Source of the DNA: Octopus sinensis | Lineage: Eukaryota | DNA length: 64,000 nt | NCBI RefSeq assembly: GCF_006345805.1 | Contig: NC_043003.1 | Coordinates: forward strand, 90,892,001 to 90,956,000 | Reading direction: 5' to 3' | Part shown: piece after piece, positions 12,703 to 25,430 of the stretch | Layout of the letters: the number at the start of each line of letters is the position of its first letter | Position numbering within the stretch: the stretch's first letter is position 1 | The notes under the pieces: model-generated | What the model saw: only the letters and a program-made list of their open reading frames with translations | Told to the model about the DNA's origin: nothing | Databases searched by the model: none | Translations under genes and position numbers: made by a program

Positions 12703-13216
12703 CTTTTAATTGTTTCAGTCATTTGACTGCAGCCATGCTGAGGCACCACCTTGAAGGGCAAACAAATCGAGCCCAGGACATTTTTTTGTTTAAAGCCTGG
12801 TACTTATTCTATCAGACTCTTTTGCCTGATAAGTTACAAGGACATAAAAAACATCAACACCAACTGTCAGGCAGTGGTGGGGAACAAACACAGACACAGG
12901 GACACACACACACTAATAATAATCATCATAATCATCATCATCATCATCATCATCATCATTTAATGTCTGCTTTCCATGCCAGCATGGGTTGGTTAATTTG
13001 ACTGAGGACTGGGAGACTGCACCAGGCTCCAATCTGATATATATACATAGATATATATACGATAGGGTTCTTTCAGTTTCTGTCAATCAAATCCACTCTT
13101 AAGGCTTTGGTTGGCCTGAGGCTATAGTAGAAGACACTTGCCCAAGGTGCCATGCAGTAGGACTGAACCCAAAACAATGTGGTTGGGAAGCAAGCTGTTT
13201 ACCATGCCTGTGCCTA
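12703..13216 (-). mobile_element. SINE family A with a nested RTE-type 3' tail fragment
   Basis: Family A tail and head flank (CAT)n + TTTCCATGCCAGCATGGGTTGG. Confidence 0.75.
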
Positions 13217-13967
13217 TATTTATCTTATTTCAAATTTTATAGTTGTATCTTTTTCTTAAATGTAATATTTATATCAAAACAAAGGATTGCGGTAAATGAG
13301 CCAAATAACTAAATAATTTCCAAATAAGTAAAAACTATGATGTAATTTGAATTGTTTTACTTCACATAGATTTCTGAAACTCATCAACATCACAATATCC
13401 CACTTCCACCATATCCTAAAGTATCTAATCTTTGACTCTAGCCAAAAAAAGAAATTCATATTTACTAAAACAGTAAAATGGTTAATAGTTGAGTTAAGAT
13501 ATCAAGCTAAATGCATTCTATGCCTCCTGCAGTTCCTCAACTCCAAATCGCATCCTGTTACATGAAATAACTACTAGGGTCAGTTGAAAAGATTATTCAC
13601 TATGCATATATTGATCTTAATGCCTAGTGTAAAGAAATTATTTTAACAATTTACAAATATTGCCTAAGCAACAATGCTAATGTTAACAGACCTAGTGCTC
13701 AGCAGAACATTCAACTTAATGCTAGTAAGTAATTTACTTCCATCATTCTCAGTTCTAAACTCACATCTCATCAAGGAGAACTTTGTATTTCTGCTGCTGA
13801 GGTGGATGGGTGAACATTGATAAATTCAAATACCAGCTACATACTGAACATCAATTGAAATAACTATAAGTTATCTCTACAAAAATGTTGCTTTTTCAAA
13901 ATTTTATCAGTTCAGTACTGACAATAGATTACATATTTATCATAAAATACATACATTAGATACATAC

Positions 13968-14010
<43 letters not shown>

Positions 14011-14013
14011 ACA

Positions 14014-14044
<31 letters not shown>

Positions 14045-14049
14045 CCGAA

Positions 14050-14450
14050 TGTGGGGTGTAACCGACCCACTTATGAGTACCCTTCATTCATTATACAATG
14101 AACTTTGCTTGCAAAGACCTATTAAGGCAAGTGAAAACAAATCAAAATTGCTGACGTGGCCGATGACAGTACTGCTTGATTGGCACTCTTACCAGTGGAA
14201 TGTTAAAAGCACATCCGAGCGTGATCGTTGCCAGAACCACCTGATAGGTCTCGTACAGGTGGCACGAAAAAGCACCCACTACACTCTCAGAGTGGTTGGC
14301 GTTAGGGAGCGCATCCAGCTCAAGAAACCTTGCCAGATCAGATTGAGCCTGGTGCAGCCTCTGGCTCACCAGTCCTCAGTCAAACCATCCAACCCATGCC
14401 AGCATGGAAAGCAGATGTTAAATGATGATGATGATAATGATGATGATGAT
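14050..14450 (+). mobile_element. 3' end of an RTE-type LINE or RTE-partnered SINE ending in (GAT)n
   Basis: GAGTGGTTGGCGTTAGG...CATCCAGCT...CAACCCATGCCAGCATGGAAAGCAGATGTTAAATGATGATG; related tails at ~22260, 24075, 32590, 50095 and 61245. Confidence 0.65.
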
Positions 14451-14559
14451 GATATATATATATTCATATATATATATATATATATACATACATACATACA
14501 TACATACATACATACATACATACATACATACATACATACATACATACATACATACAGTT

Positions 14560-14720
14560 TATGTCCCAAGAATTTAGAAACTTGGGAGATTTGAAATAAT
14601 TTATTTTTATCTGTGGAACCCAAATATAATATAATATAATAGCATGTAAATATTGGGTTAAAAATATCTTTGGATGGAAAAAGTTGAAAGGTGCTCATAG
14701 AACTTGAACCCACAACTTCT
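14560..14720 (-). mobile_element. Short repeat with B-box-like head (family D); homologous to both arms of 35043-35395
   Basis: Minus strand GGGTTCAAGTTC followed by TTTTTAACCCAATATTTACATGCTATTAT...; ends at a (TACA)n tract. Confidence 0.5.
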
Positions 14721-14815
14721 GTAAACTTCTGTTAAGCCAATATTTGCATGCTACTATTCATAGCTTTGACTAAGAGTTCCACCAAAATGGAACTCTAAAG
14801 AATAGAGTAGCAATG

Positions 14816-14984
14816 TATTTACTAGCTGGTAAGTATATGTCTGGTCATAGAGTGACCAATGGTTTCGCAGAAGGATATGCATCTGCCATTGTGCCTGACC
14901 AGCCGTCTATAAAGCCTAGTGCTTTGTGGATGCAAAACCATTGGTCACTCTACAACCAGACATATATTTAACTGCTTGTAAATA
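14816..14984 (+). mobile_element. Fold-back cassette with a degenerate type I hammerhead (Penelope pLTR-like)
   Basis: 54-bp arms 14816-14869 / 14931-14984. Core CTGACCA-[32-nt stem II]-AAAA-CCATTGG-TC; the inverted arm retains GCGAAACCATTGGTC. Confidence 0.65.
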
Positions 14985-15029
14985 TGTATATATATATATA
15001 TATATAATATATATATATATAAATGTGTG

Positions 15030-15089
<60 letters not shown>

Positions 15090-15155
15090 TACATATATAT
15101 ATATATATATTATATATACATATACGTATATATACATATAAATATATACATATAA

Positions 15156-15199
<44 letters not shown>

Positions 15200-15222
15200 C
15201 GTATATATACATATAATATATA

Positions 15223-15291
<69 letters not shown>

Positions 15292-15357
15292 GAATTTATG
15301 AATCAGAAAAAACAGATACTTGTACATTTATCAATACAGAGGGTATATTAATTATTT

Positions 15358-15571
15358 ACATTATACAATATTGTAGTACTATTTCAGCCAATTTACCAGT
15401 CTGTTTCATACACAAGTATTTGGGAAAGAGATCATTCTCAGCATTCATGAAAGGAGTTGTGCACCATTTTTCTCCTACCAGCCCTTCTGATGAGTGCTGA
15501 AACTCTTTCTTGTATGAAACCAAATAGTAAATCAATTGAAATAGAAGCATAATACTATATTGTATGAATGT
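15358..15571 (+). mobile_element. Fold-back cassette with a degenerate hammerhead, between (TA)n tracts
   Basis: Diverged arms 15358-15454 / 15483-15571; CTGATGA (15487), GAAA (15516), GTA (15527). Confidence 0.55.
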
Positions 15572-15620
15572 GTGCATATATACATATATATATATGTATA
15601 TATATGTGTGTGTGTATGTA

Positions 15621-15654
<34 letters not shown>

Positions 15655-15716
15655 TATATATTGATGCATATATTGGTGTATACCATATGCATATATTGGT
15701 ACACATCATATGCATA

Positions 15717-15750
<34 letters not shown>

Positions 15751-16700
15751 CATATATACATATATACATACATATATATATATATATATTATATATATCA
15801 CATGCATATCATATATATTTATCATTTTAATAATTATAAAGTTCATGTAATAGAAAAGCAAATATGTATGCTAAACTCTTACCCGTCATCAATATTAAAG
15901 TACATTTGTCACATTCCTCATTATGAGTTCAAACCCTGGCAAGCATGACTTTGTCTTTCATCTCTCCAGGTTTAATCAAATAAATCCTAGATATATTCTC
16001 TGCCAATGTTATCAATCAATATCTACAAAGTGCTTTACTAAAGAATGCTTGCATATAAACATGAGATTACATCATGATTTTTTTTTCTGTGTAAGACTTA
16101 AAATATTCACTGAAGTGCTAATTAGACATGAACACAATGGGGATTTGACTAAATCTCTCCCCATAGAAAATTCCAAGCCAACTTAGCATATGTTTAACAA
16201 GTCTTACAAGACTTGAACTCAACTAATAACCAATCTTTATAAAACAATAATTTTTACTATATTTCTTGTTAATCTTTTGTTTCTTTGTTACTTTTCTTTT
16301 TGGTTAAGAGACTATTTAGAGCAAAGTAATATTGCTTTCTTTGATGGAATTATTTCTAATCCTTTTCAAACAAACTGGACCCAACATACAAAAAAAAAAA
16401 ACTGAACAGAAAACACAAAATTTATTAGGTTAAGCTGACACTTGGAATTCAAAAAATGGACAAAAACAAAATAGAACAATTGTTTCATGTACTGCCTAAG
16501 ATTTCAGACATTAAAATAGTATTCAAGAAGAAAGTAAACAATCAAAAATAAACATGAGTGGAGGTAAGAGGTATTCAAAATAAAGAGGGGGAGAGAAAAT
16601 ATATGAAAGTAAACCAAATAAACAGAAATAGTAACCAAACCTGTTGCTGTTAGTTTTATAAATAAAAGACAACAAAAGTGGTAGTAATAATAATAATAAT

Positions 16701-16918
16701 TCTGTTTAAGTTTTGGAACAAGATCAGCAATTTTGAAGGGAGGGAGCAAGTTGAGTACTAGGGACCCCAGTACTTGACTGGTACTTTATTTTATCAACCT
16801 TGAATGGGTGAAAGGTTAAGCTGACCTTGGCAGGATTTCAATTCAAAACAGAAGTTGCAAGTAATGCTGCTAAGCTTTTTGCCTGACACACTAACAATTC
16901 TGTCAGCTTGCCACCTTA
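16701..16918 (-). mobile_element. SINE family B copy
   Basis: Family B core in reverse; another partial copy on + at 17121-17245. Confidence 0.7.
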
Positions 16919-16959
16919 ATAATAATGGTAATAATAATATTATTGTTATAAAGTTATAA

Positions 16960-17100
16960 ATGGTGCTTTAGCAGAGATTGTTGTCTTGAGGTTGAGTGAA
17001 AATAATCTGAAATCTCGAGAATCTTTCTTAGAATTCTGGCGGAATACAGGCTGACCCTTTTCAGCAAATACATGTCTCAATTCCAATATCCCTCAGTCTC
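16960..17100 (-). mobile_element. Decayed 3' end of a fourth R4/Dong-like family
   Basis: Minus strand reads LRDIGIET../LLKRVSLYSARILRKILEI, within TAA/TTA repeats. Confidence 0.55.
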
Positions 17101-17248
17101 TATTTTTATTATTATTGCACCAAGCTCAACTTTGCCTAACATCCTTTTGGGGTCAATGAAATAAGTACCAGTTGAACACTAATGTCGATATAATTGACTA
17201 GCCCCTTTCACCACAAATTTCAGGCCTTATACCTCAAGTAAAAAGTAA

Positions 17249-17309
<61 letters not shown>

Positions 17310-17465
17310 AGGGTAGTTGTTAAATTTCAGCAAGGATTAGTTTTATCTTTCATTATTCCGCAGCCAATAAAATATCAGTAATATACAAGGAACCAGTCAG
17401 CCCATTGTGATTTTCTTTTACAAATTTGGAACCTTGTGCCATCCATCATGGAAAACCATTATTAA

Positions 17466-17686
17466 CCCTTTTGATACCAGCCTGCTTGAGATGATTCTTA
17501 GATCTATGACACCAACTTCTTGTTTTAAAGTGAACTAAATTAAAATTTTCCATCAAAATTTTATATTCATTTATATTCCAAACACCAGCTTAATAATGAC
17601 AGTTATTTTCACTACATCCTTTTTTACTTTCAAAATTAATTGAAATAAGGAGAGGGTATTTCAACAGAAATACAGTAACACTAAGG
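17466..17686 (+). mobile_element. piggyBac-type MITE
   Basis: TTAA|CCCTTTTGATACC ... GTAACACTAAGG|TTAA; homologous copies at 29712-29930, ~60452-60657, ~61337-61478 and fragments at 11970-12190. Confidence 0.7.
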
Positions 17687-17921
17687 TTAATAAGATGGGA
17701 GATTAGGTCAAACTAGCATTCTAGACTGTGTTTTTTGCTAAAGCTTTTATAATATTTAGCTTCCTCTCTTTCCTTTCTAAGTTCATATCAAGATGTGGTT
17801 AATTATTCTTTCCTTCTTCTAGGATTAATAGAATAGATGATGTATTATGACCAGTTCAACGAAAATTTATATTCCAGTTGAAAGAAACACTCATAGAGTA
17901 GCAAGTCATTTGAAATGCCTT

Positions 17922-18430
17922 CTTTGACTGAAGTGAGACACAATGAGATCAAAACATCACAGTAAATTATAGTCTTCTGACCTCAATGAATCAAGTGTGT
18001 TATGAACATGCATCATCTGAAAGGAGAAGTTGTTTCCCAATGATGAGATACAACAGTGATCAGCATATTCATGTTTGAATCTACCATAATGTATTAAAAA
18101 TGACAATGTCATTGTTTTGATTATCACTTTTCACTCTGCACATTACAATTCATTTTCTGTTTAACAGACATCAGCAAATAATTTGTTCAGTAAATTCTGT
18201 AAACAAGAATCAGGATTTTGGTTAAGATTCATTGCCCCAAGGGTAGCTTTGACTGAAGAGACACAACAAGGTTGAAATGCTATGGTGCCTCAAAGTCACT
18301 TTACATCAATTGATTGAGTGTGTGGTGAACATACATCATCTGAAAGAAGCAACTCTTCAATGGCAAAATGCAAGAGTGATTAGCATACATGTTCATGTTT
18401 GAATCTGCTAGAATGCATGAAGAATGAAAG
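17922..18430 (+). repeat. Diverged direct repeat with 325-bp period, each unit starting with a hammerhead-like motif
   Basis: CTTTGACTGAAG at 17922 and 18247; shared GAACAT.CATCATCTGAAAG, AGTGAT.AGCATA and TTCATGTTTGAATCT. Confidence 0.75.
18247..18295 (+). ncRNA. Type I hammerhead ribozyme, CpG-decayed
   Basis: Stem I CTTTGA/TCAAAG, CTGAAGA, stem II GAC...GTT, GAAA, stem III TGCTATGGTG (near-palindrome); cleavage triplet now GCC. Confidence 0.7.
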
Positions 18431-19499
18431 CATGAGTTATTACATCAGGATCTCATCTATGGGTTAAACAGATTGAGGTCCTTAGCTGTGATGAAAGCAA
18501 TCAATCTAGGAGAAGGGAAACCCCTAAATTAATGTCATTTTCCAACATGCCCTAAGTCAGCATGGAAAAGTATAGCTGATAAAACTAACATGAGCTATGT
18601 CCAATAACATAGATTCAGATCAGTGGGGGCCACTTCAAGACCCTCAACAGGTAACCAGGAGGGCACATCAGCATGACAGATGTGACCAGGGATTCACCCT
18701 AGCAACCTTGGAGTGGAGCATGCTCTGAATGCTTATGCCAAGGATCAAATACTATGGAGGTATATCTCATGTTGGTGTACATTCTGCCACAGGCAAAGAT
18801 AGGAAGAAATAATGACATACGTTATTACTGTATCTATATATCTATTTGTCTATTTAATGTGTTGTTTTTTTTTATTAGAAAACCTTTTGAGAGATTTTCT
18901 CTCCGCAAAGATACTATAACATTATATAGTTTAGAGGCTATGTTTGACTTTAGTTGTTGAAATCAAAAGATTAACTTTTATTGCTGATGATGATGTTAAT
19001 AATGATGTTTTTTTTTTTTTTTATGAGTTACTGGGAAATAAACATTTTTCAAGTGATAAGCCCTTTTCATAAAAAAAATAAAAAAGACTCATTGAAAAAG
19101 CTTTCATGTATGAATTTTTTCTTTTCTTTTTATTTTAGGTATATTTTTATTTATCTTGTCTGTTTTATTGATATTTGAAAATATAATAAACTTTAAACAG
19201 GATATAAATGAACTGTGTTGAATACAACTGCTTTTGTTGTACCTCTCAGCGTATGGGTTGGGCTCATATTAAATTTCCAAAGTATGTTGAGTCACTTTAT
19301 GGACTCTGCATGGAGTAAGAAGAGAAATATTTTTTGTTGTCTGCCAGTCTATCACTGTATCTAACTATTTACCTAACAAATTATATGTGAGTGTGTGTGT
19401 GTGTGTGTGTATGTGTGTGCTTGTGTGTGTGTGTGTGTGCATCAGTGAGTGACCAAATGAAAGAAAATAACACTTAACATATCTGGTTGGAGTGTCATT

Positions 19500-19670
19500 T
19501 ATTTAATAAATAAATGTCTGTACTTCACATTACTTAAAGCTTTGTGAACACAAGACACATCCACCTCATCAGATGTTTAGAGACACTCTTTAAACAGCTG
19601 ATGAAATGACTGTGTCCCACATCCAATAAATTTTAAGTACCGTGGTGCTTATTCAAACTGTTATTAAATA
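19500..19670. mobile_element. Fold-back with outward-facing CTGATGA motifs (decayed hammerhead pair)
   Basis: GACACA..CTCATCAGATGTTTAGAGA / TCTTTAAACAGCTGATGA..TGTGTC hairpin with ATTTAATAA/TTATTAAAT ends; stem III not recoverable. Confidence 0.45.
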
Positions 19671-19713
19671 TATATACATATCTATATCTGTGTGTATTTT
19701 ATGTGTATAAAAG

Positions 19714-19748
<35 letters not shown>

Positions 19749-19768
19749 AGAGAGAGAGACAGACAGAC

Positions 19769-19855
<87 letters not shown>

Positions 19856-21087
19856 CATACATACATACATACATACATACATACATACATACATACATAC
19901 ATACATACATACATACATGCATACATACCAACAGGCAGACACACAGATAGATAGAGAGATACTCTGATACAATTCAACAGTCTGATACCATAGGTTTTGT
20001 GTAAATGTACTTGTAGTCATTGAATCTAATTTGGATAAGATGACAACTCCACCATTTTATACCATCATTCATTGTCCAAACTCTGATTGAATAACTGCAA
20101 ATATATTTGTATGAAATCTATGGAATCAGACAATTGATTTCTATTAAAAAATATCCATGGGTTTCTGAGAATTGTTCAAGGAGTTTGTCACTATAATGTA
20201 TGTGTGTGTGCATTTGATAAGAAATGATCAAGAGAAATATTTACTACAAGCAGAGACCAACAGTTTTTGACTAATCCAGTGGCCTGTTATCCTGGAGATT
20301 TGGGGATGTGAATATATAAAGAATTTAAGCTTAAGTAATTTAATTGTGGGAGTGGCTGATGTTTGAAGATATATAGTTAATTTGTAATGTACACATATAG
20401 CATGCAAGCCTTTTCATGTCATACTCATATATACATATATATGTTCACATACACATATATACACACACAAATACATGTGCATATATATACACTTGTGTAC
20501 ATAATTAACGCACATATACTTCCATCAAAAAACCATTTTTATGCAAGCATTCATATATAAACACTAAAATTCATGAGTGTATTTTCATTCATAACTCTCA
20601 AACAGGCTAACATACATCATACACTCACATATACATAAATACACAAATTTATATATGCATGTGTTTGTGTATGGCATAGTATAGTATTGTGTGTGGTGGT
20701 ATGGCAGTATGGCATAGTATACATTAATGTGGTTTGAGTGCAATACAGCATGTTACATTGTAGTATGTTGTTGTTGTCATTATTTATCTCTGGTCTTTTT
20801 TCATCAAGCAGACTCATACTCAAAGGCGTTTCATCATTAGCTTTTTATTTATTTGGGTGTTATTCCTGGCAGGTTGAGTAACCATACTGAGTATGATAAC
20901 ATGTGATTTTGTCCTGCAATGTATAGTACAATGTGAAGTAGCAAGGTATGGAATGTGGAAAATAAAAAATATTGGGCTAGTGTGAGTAACAGTGAGAGCA
21001 TCCAGCTATAGAGAAAACTGTCTCAACAAGTTTCATCTGATGCATACCTTCTTGAAAAAACAGGTACAAAACTGAATGAATAACTGA

Positions 21088-21272
21088 CTCTAATTTTGGG
21101 CACAAGGCCAGCAAGTTTGTCAATTGTATCAACCCCAGTACCCAACTGGTATTTATTCTATCAACATGAAGGCTATGTTGGCCCTGGCTGAATTTGAAGT
21201 CAGAACACAATGAACCAGAAAAAGAAATATTGCTAAATATTTTGTTCAACATGTTAACAATGTAGCCTCTGC
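21088..21272 (-). mobile_element. SINE family B copy, decayed
   Basis: GCACAAGGCCAGCAA...ACTGGTATTTATTCTATCAAC...GAATTTGAAGTCAGAAC. Confidence 0.65.
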
Positions 21273-21319
21273 CTTTGAATTAATTTGTTTAAAATGTAGT
21301 GGAGAGTGAATTTTATCTT

Positions 21320-21641
21320 TGACAGTGAGATGACAACCATAGACATGTTTCAGTCTTATCAGATCTTGTCAGTAAACTATATGTATAGTCTAACCTTTAC
21401 TGTCAGGTCTTAGATGATGAGAGAAGTATAAGAGATTCTAGTGAATGTTCATAGAATGGTGTGATGACTGAGAAGTATAACAAGGAAATACAGTTCTGCT
21501 GCTTCTTACCATTGTACAGATTGATGGCAACTGTTTGCTGTCTAGTAGACTGATAGGGTTAGAGTACTGGTGTTGGACTAAGAACTGTTAATCTCTTGAT
21601 TAGTAGTCCAGCACCTATTGTTCAACCACCAACAAGTCTCC
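21320..21641 (-). mobile_element. tRNA-headed SINE-like unit with a 3' minimal hammerhead
   Basis: Minus-strand head TGGTTGAACAA (A-box-like), CTGGA-CTACTAA-TCAAG anticodon-arm-like, AGTTCTTAGTCC (B-box-like); 3' CTGACAA-GATC tgataa GACT-GAAA-CATG-TC at 21342-21372. Confidence 0.55.
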
Positions 21642-22490
21642 AGTTATTAATAAAGCAAGGAAGCAATTATGTGTGCAATGCCAGTCGTTCCATAAAAGAA
21701 CAAAGAACAGAGGAATTTTTATTGGTTAACATTAAAACAAAATCTAAACAGTAAAGCTTTGAGGATCGGTGCAACGCTCATACATTATTTTGTCTTACTA
21801 CTGCATGATGATTTCTTTATAGCTATTTGGACTAAGCTCTCATGTATTAAGTGCTTTGTTTAGTGAGGCAATGATGTAGTACAATACTTGTTAGAGAATA
21901 TCAACCACAAAGACTGAATCTCTTCTATGTAGAGAGAATGCAAAAAACTCCCTCGAAACAGCAACATAAATTTCATTATTTTATTCATGCTCATCATCAT
22001 CCTTTTTACATTTACTTTTCTATACTTAAATGGATCAGATGAAATTCAGTGAGGTAGGTTTTCTATGGCCAAAAGCCATTTCTGTTGCCAACTCTTTCCT
22101 GTTTCCAAGCAAGGTAATATTTCCCTATACTTTCACAGAAAATTGGAAACAAATGACACTGCTTATATGACAACTACACTCATTTACAACCATCGTGTGA
22201 TGCCACAACAAGTAAACACAAAAACATCTCATGATATATATATACATATACATCATCATCATTTAATGTTCCTTTTCTATACTGTCATGGGTTGGACAGT
22301 TTAACAGGGCCCTATGAGCTGCAAGGCTACATTGAGCAACAATGTCTATTGGATATGGTTTCTATGGCTCAATGTCTTTCCTAATGCCAAACATTTTACA
22401 GAGTGTACTGGAAGCTTTTTACATACCACTGGCACTAGTGAGGTTACTAAGTAACTTTCAAAACACACTAACTGATGTATATATATATTA

Positions 22491-22521
<31 letters not shown>

Positions 22522-24014
22522 AAATGGACTTCTTTCAGTTCCTAACAACTAAATCCACTGACAAGGCTTTGGTTGGCTCAGGGATACACAGTGAGATTGA
22601 ACCAGAAACCATTGGTTATGAAGCAAACTTCATAATCACACACTCATGCCTGCACCTATATACATAGTTATAACCAGTCTGAGGATTAACAAAAGGACCA
22701 GGAGTTTAACAAATAAATGATAAACTAAAGAAATATGAGCTTCAGTTCTTACTAGTGCTCACTTTGTCTTTTTTTCTATTTATATCTCTAAGTCCATATC
22801 AAAGCATTTAAAACATTTCCAGCTTAAATGGGTTTCTGTATTTCTTTCAAAGCAAAAGGTTAAGTTTGGGACTTTAGGAAGGCAGAATGAGGGCAGAGGA
22901 ATCAGTAATATGAATTCAACAAAAAATTTTAAATTGCCTTAGGAAGGAGAATGTATCTAACAGATGTTGCATATATACACAAGCTACAAGAGAAGAGGAG
23001 AGAAGCTAAGTGGGCCAGGTGTCTTGGGACCTTCGATTCTGAGGGTACTCTACTCCCTCCATAAGAGGCAAATGAAGGGATCTTTGGAAAAGAATTACCA
23101 TTTTTATAAATTGTTTTAGTTGTTTTATTCTATTCTGTTACTTATAAGCACATCACGTACTGTAATATACAAGTAACCCATATATACATCATATGCATTT
23201 AGCATTGATTACAGAAAGTAATTAATGAAAAGTTTGAAACTGAACCTCTGATTCACATCTAGTCTGGACTTACAACCAGTTCACAAGCGTGTGTATACAT
23301 AATCATTAGTTTTGTACATGTCAAGGACTATTATGAATTGAAGATAAGTTACCTTCAGATTGTTTTATAGAAATGTATTCAAATTGACTCAAAGAAAATG
23401 ACTGATCAGAAACCCATTTAAATTATTAAGTAGTGGTTTCCTGCAAAGTGTTCATATAACAACATATTGATTTCATCCAATAACTTAAGGCAACACAAAC
23501 TAGAAAATAACAGTGGAAGAGTTTGTACCACAGCTAAAGCAGCCTTGAATTGTCAGTCAAGGATTCATGAGACATGTCTAAAAAAATCAATGAAATGAGA
23601 CCCTATATAGATTTTCAGTAAAAGAAAACTTGCCTGATATACTAGAAATAATCTTTGACTTTTGTGTCCAAAGTAGGTAAAACATTCATGGTAATCGATG
23701 GGGTCTGTAAAGTTACTTAGGTAGTCGAAGAAAGGTGCATTACATTGTACCTCACTTGTCATAGAAAAGTACATCTTACTGATATACTGTGTATTAACAT
23801 CTTTTCACATTGCTTGGATACATATTGATAGGTGTTATCAAGTATTTTTAGTATGGCCAGGCATCTGTCATTCAAATTTCTATTTGTGACAGCTCAAAAG
23901 AACAAACCACTCGACTACTACATTGATAAGGTTTTCATCATCATCATTATCAGTTATTGTTATTGCCTTCACCATCACCACCATTGTCATAATAATAATA
24001 ATAATAATAATAAT

Positions 24015-24076
<62 letters not shown>

Positions 24077-24649
24077 CTTTCAACATCCATCTTCCATGTT
24101 GACATGGGTTGGATAGTTTGACTAAACCTGAGAGGACTGAGGGCTGCATTGTGCTCTAAACTCTGTTTTGGTATGGTTTCTACAGCTTGATGTCCTTCCT
24201 AGTTCCAACCACTTTAGGGTTTGTAAGCTCAGCTTGGGCCAACTAGTTTCCTTCTTTCTTCTATAAAATTAAGAAATCTGGCAATTAAAGACTAGCTAAG
24301 AAAAAAAATTCGCCTGCTTGTCATTCCGAGTTGATGTGCTAGTGACCTTAAATATTTCTGAAAGACTTTTGGAAAAACGAAGAAGTCTGAAAGAGATTTC
24401 AACAAGTCCTTATAATAAATAGTTCTTCACTGAAATTAACCTTAACCAAAATTGGTACTTAAGTTATTTATCTGGGTCTAAAAGGTTAAAGATTGGTATA
24501 ATAACTATCAAGATATTTCTATTTGGTAAGTAGTCAAAGAAAGCCCTTTAAAAGTTTTATATATTTTATAGCACAGAAGCAATTATGCTTTGATTCTATG
24601 AAAGTCTATAACCAAAACCTGCACATTTATTTGTATACAAATTTGAATC

Positions 24650-25430
24650 ATCATCATCTTTTTATGTTCATATTCCATATTGGCACAAGTAAAACAGTTG
24701 ACAGGGTTTGACAAGTTCAAGGACTGCACTGTCTGCAACTACATAACAGAAGGTACTTGATAAGTTTATGTGATACTACCACTAGTGAAGCCATTATGCA
24801 GCCTGCAAGACTAAGATCTCTTTTGACTGAGTGGGGCTACAATTAAGAGGGAAGTGGCTTTATGCAAAGAGGTGAGGGGTTAATGTATGAGAGAAGGAAC
24901 CAGAATAAGTTTCTTTCTGCAGAGGAGCTTCATGGCTATTCATATTATGGAAGAGTGTGTGAAAGCAATTGGGGTGGAGCTGGAAGGCAATAAAACAGTG
25001 GTAATGAGACATGCAGGATGGATTCTCAAGGTATGAAGAGAATAGAAGTGAGTGAGAATGGAGAGAAGAGAGAGTGTGAGTGGGCCCAGGTTACAAAAGT
25101 GTAGAGGAGAGTGAGGGATGGTTAATGAAGAGGAGTAGGGTTAGGGTGGATATATTGATGAACAAGTATTGGGGGATGATAAATAGGGAGGATAGGGAAG
25201 ACTACATGACAACTGTAGAAATTGGATAGATATAATGGATGGTGGATAAGGGGTGGAAGGTGACCAATGATTCATATAAGTTGGAGGAGGTGGAGTGTAG
25301 GAAATGATTGACAGCATAGAAAAAGGAGTGAAGAGAAGCAAAATCATAATAGAGGTGATAGCAGATAAGGGAAAGGTGAGAGAGGACAAGAGAGAGAGCA
25401 GGGTGAGAATGAAGAATGGCTAACATGTGA
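24650..25430 (-). mobile_element. Decayed RTE-type 3'UTR with a long GA-rich segment
   Basis: Starts at a (CAT)n tail motif; similar blocks at 41330-41670 and 45750-46075. Confidence 0.45.

Noticed and set aside
15487-15503. Ultra-minimal reading CTGATGAG-TGCT-GAAAC
   Set aside because: No stem III or NUH follows this first GAAA; the inverted arm supports the second GAAA (15516) instead.
18480-18760. RTE-type 5'UTR motif (CAATCTAGGAGAAGGGAAAC)
   Set aside because: Only one short motif matches and no ORF follows; too weak to annotate.
23565-23774. 69-aa minus-strand ORF with a possible GC donor
   Set aside because: Weak acceptor and no recognisable homology; cannot be supported as an exon.
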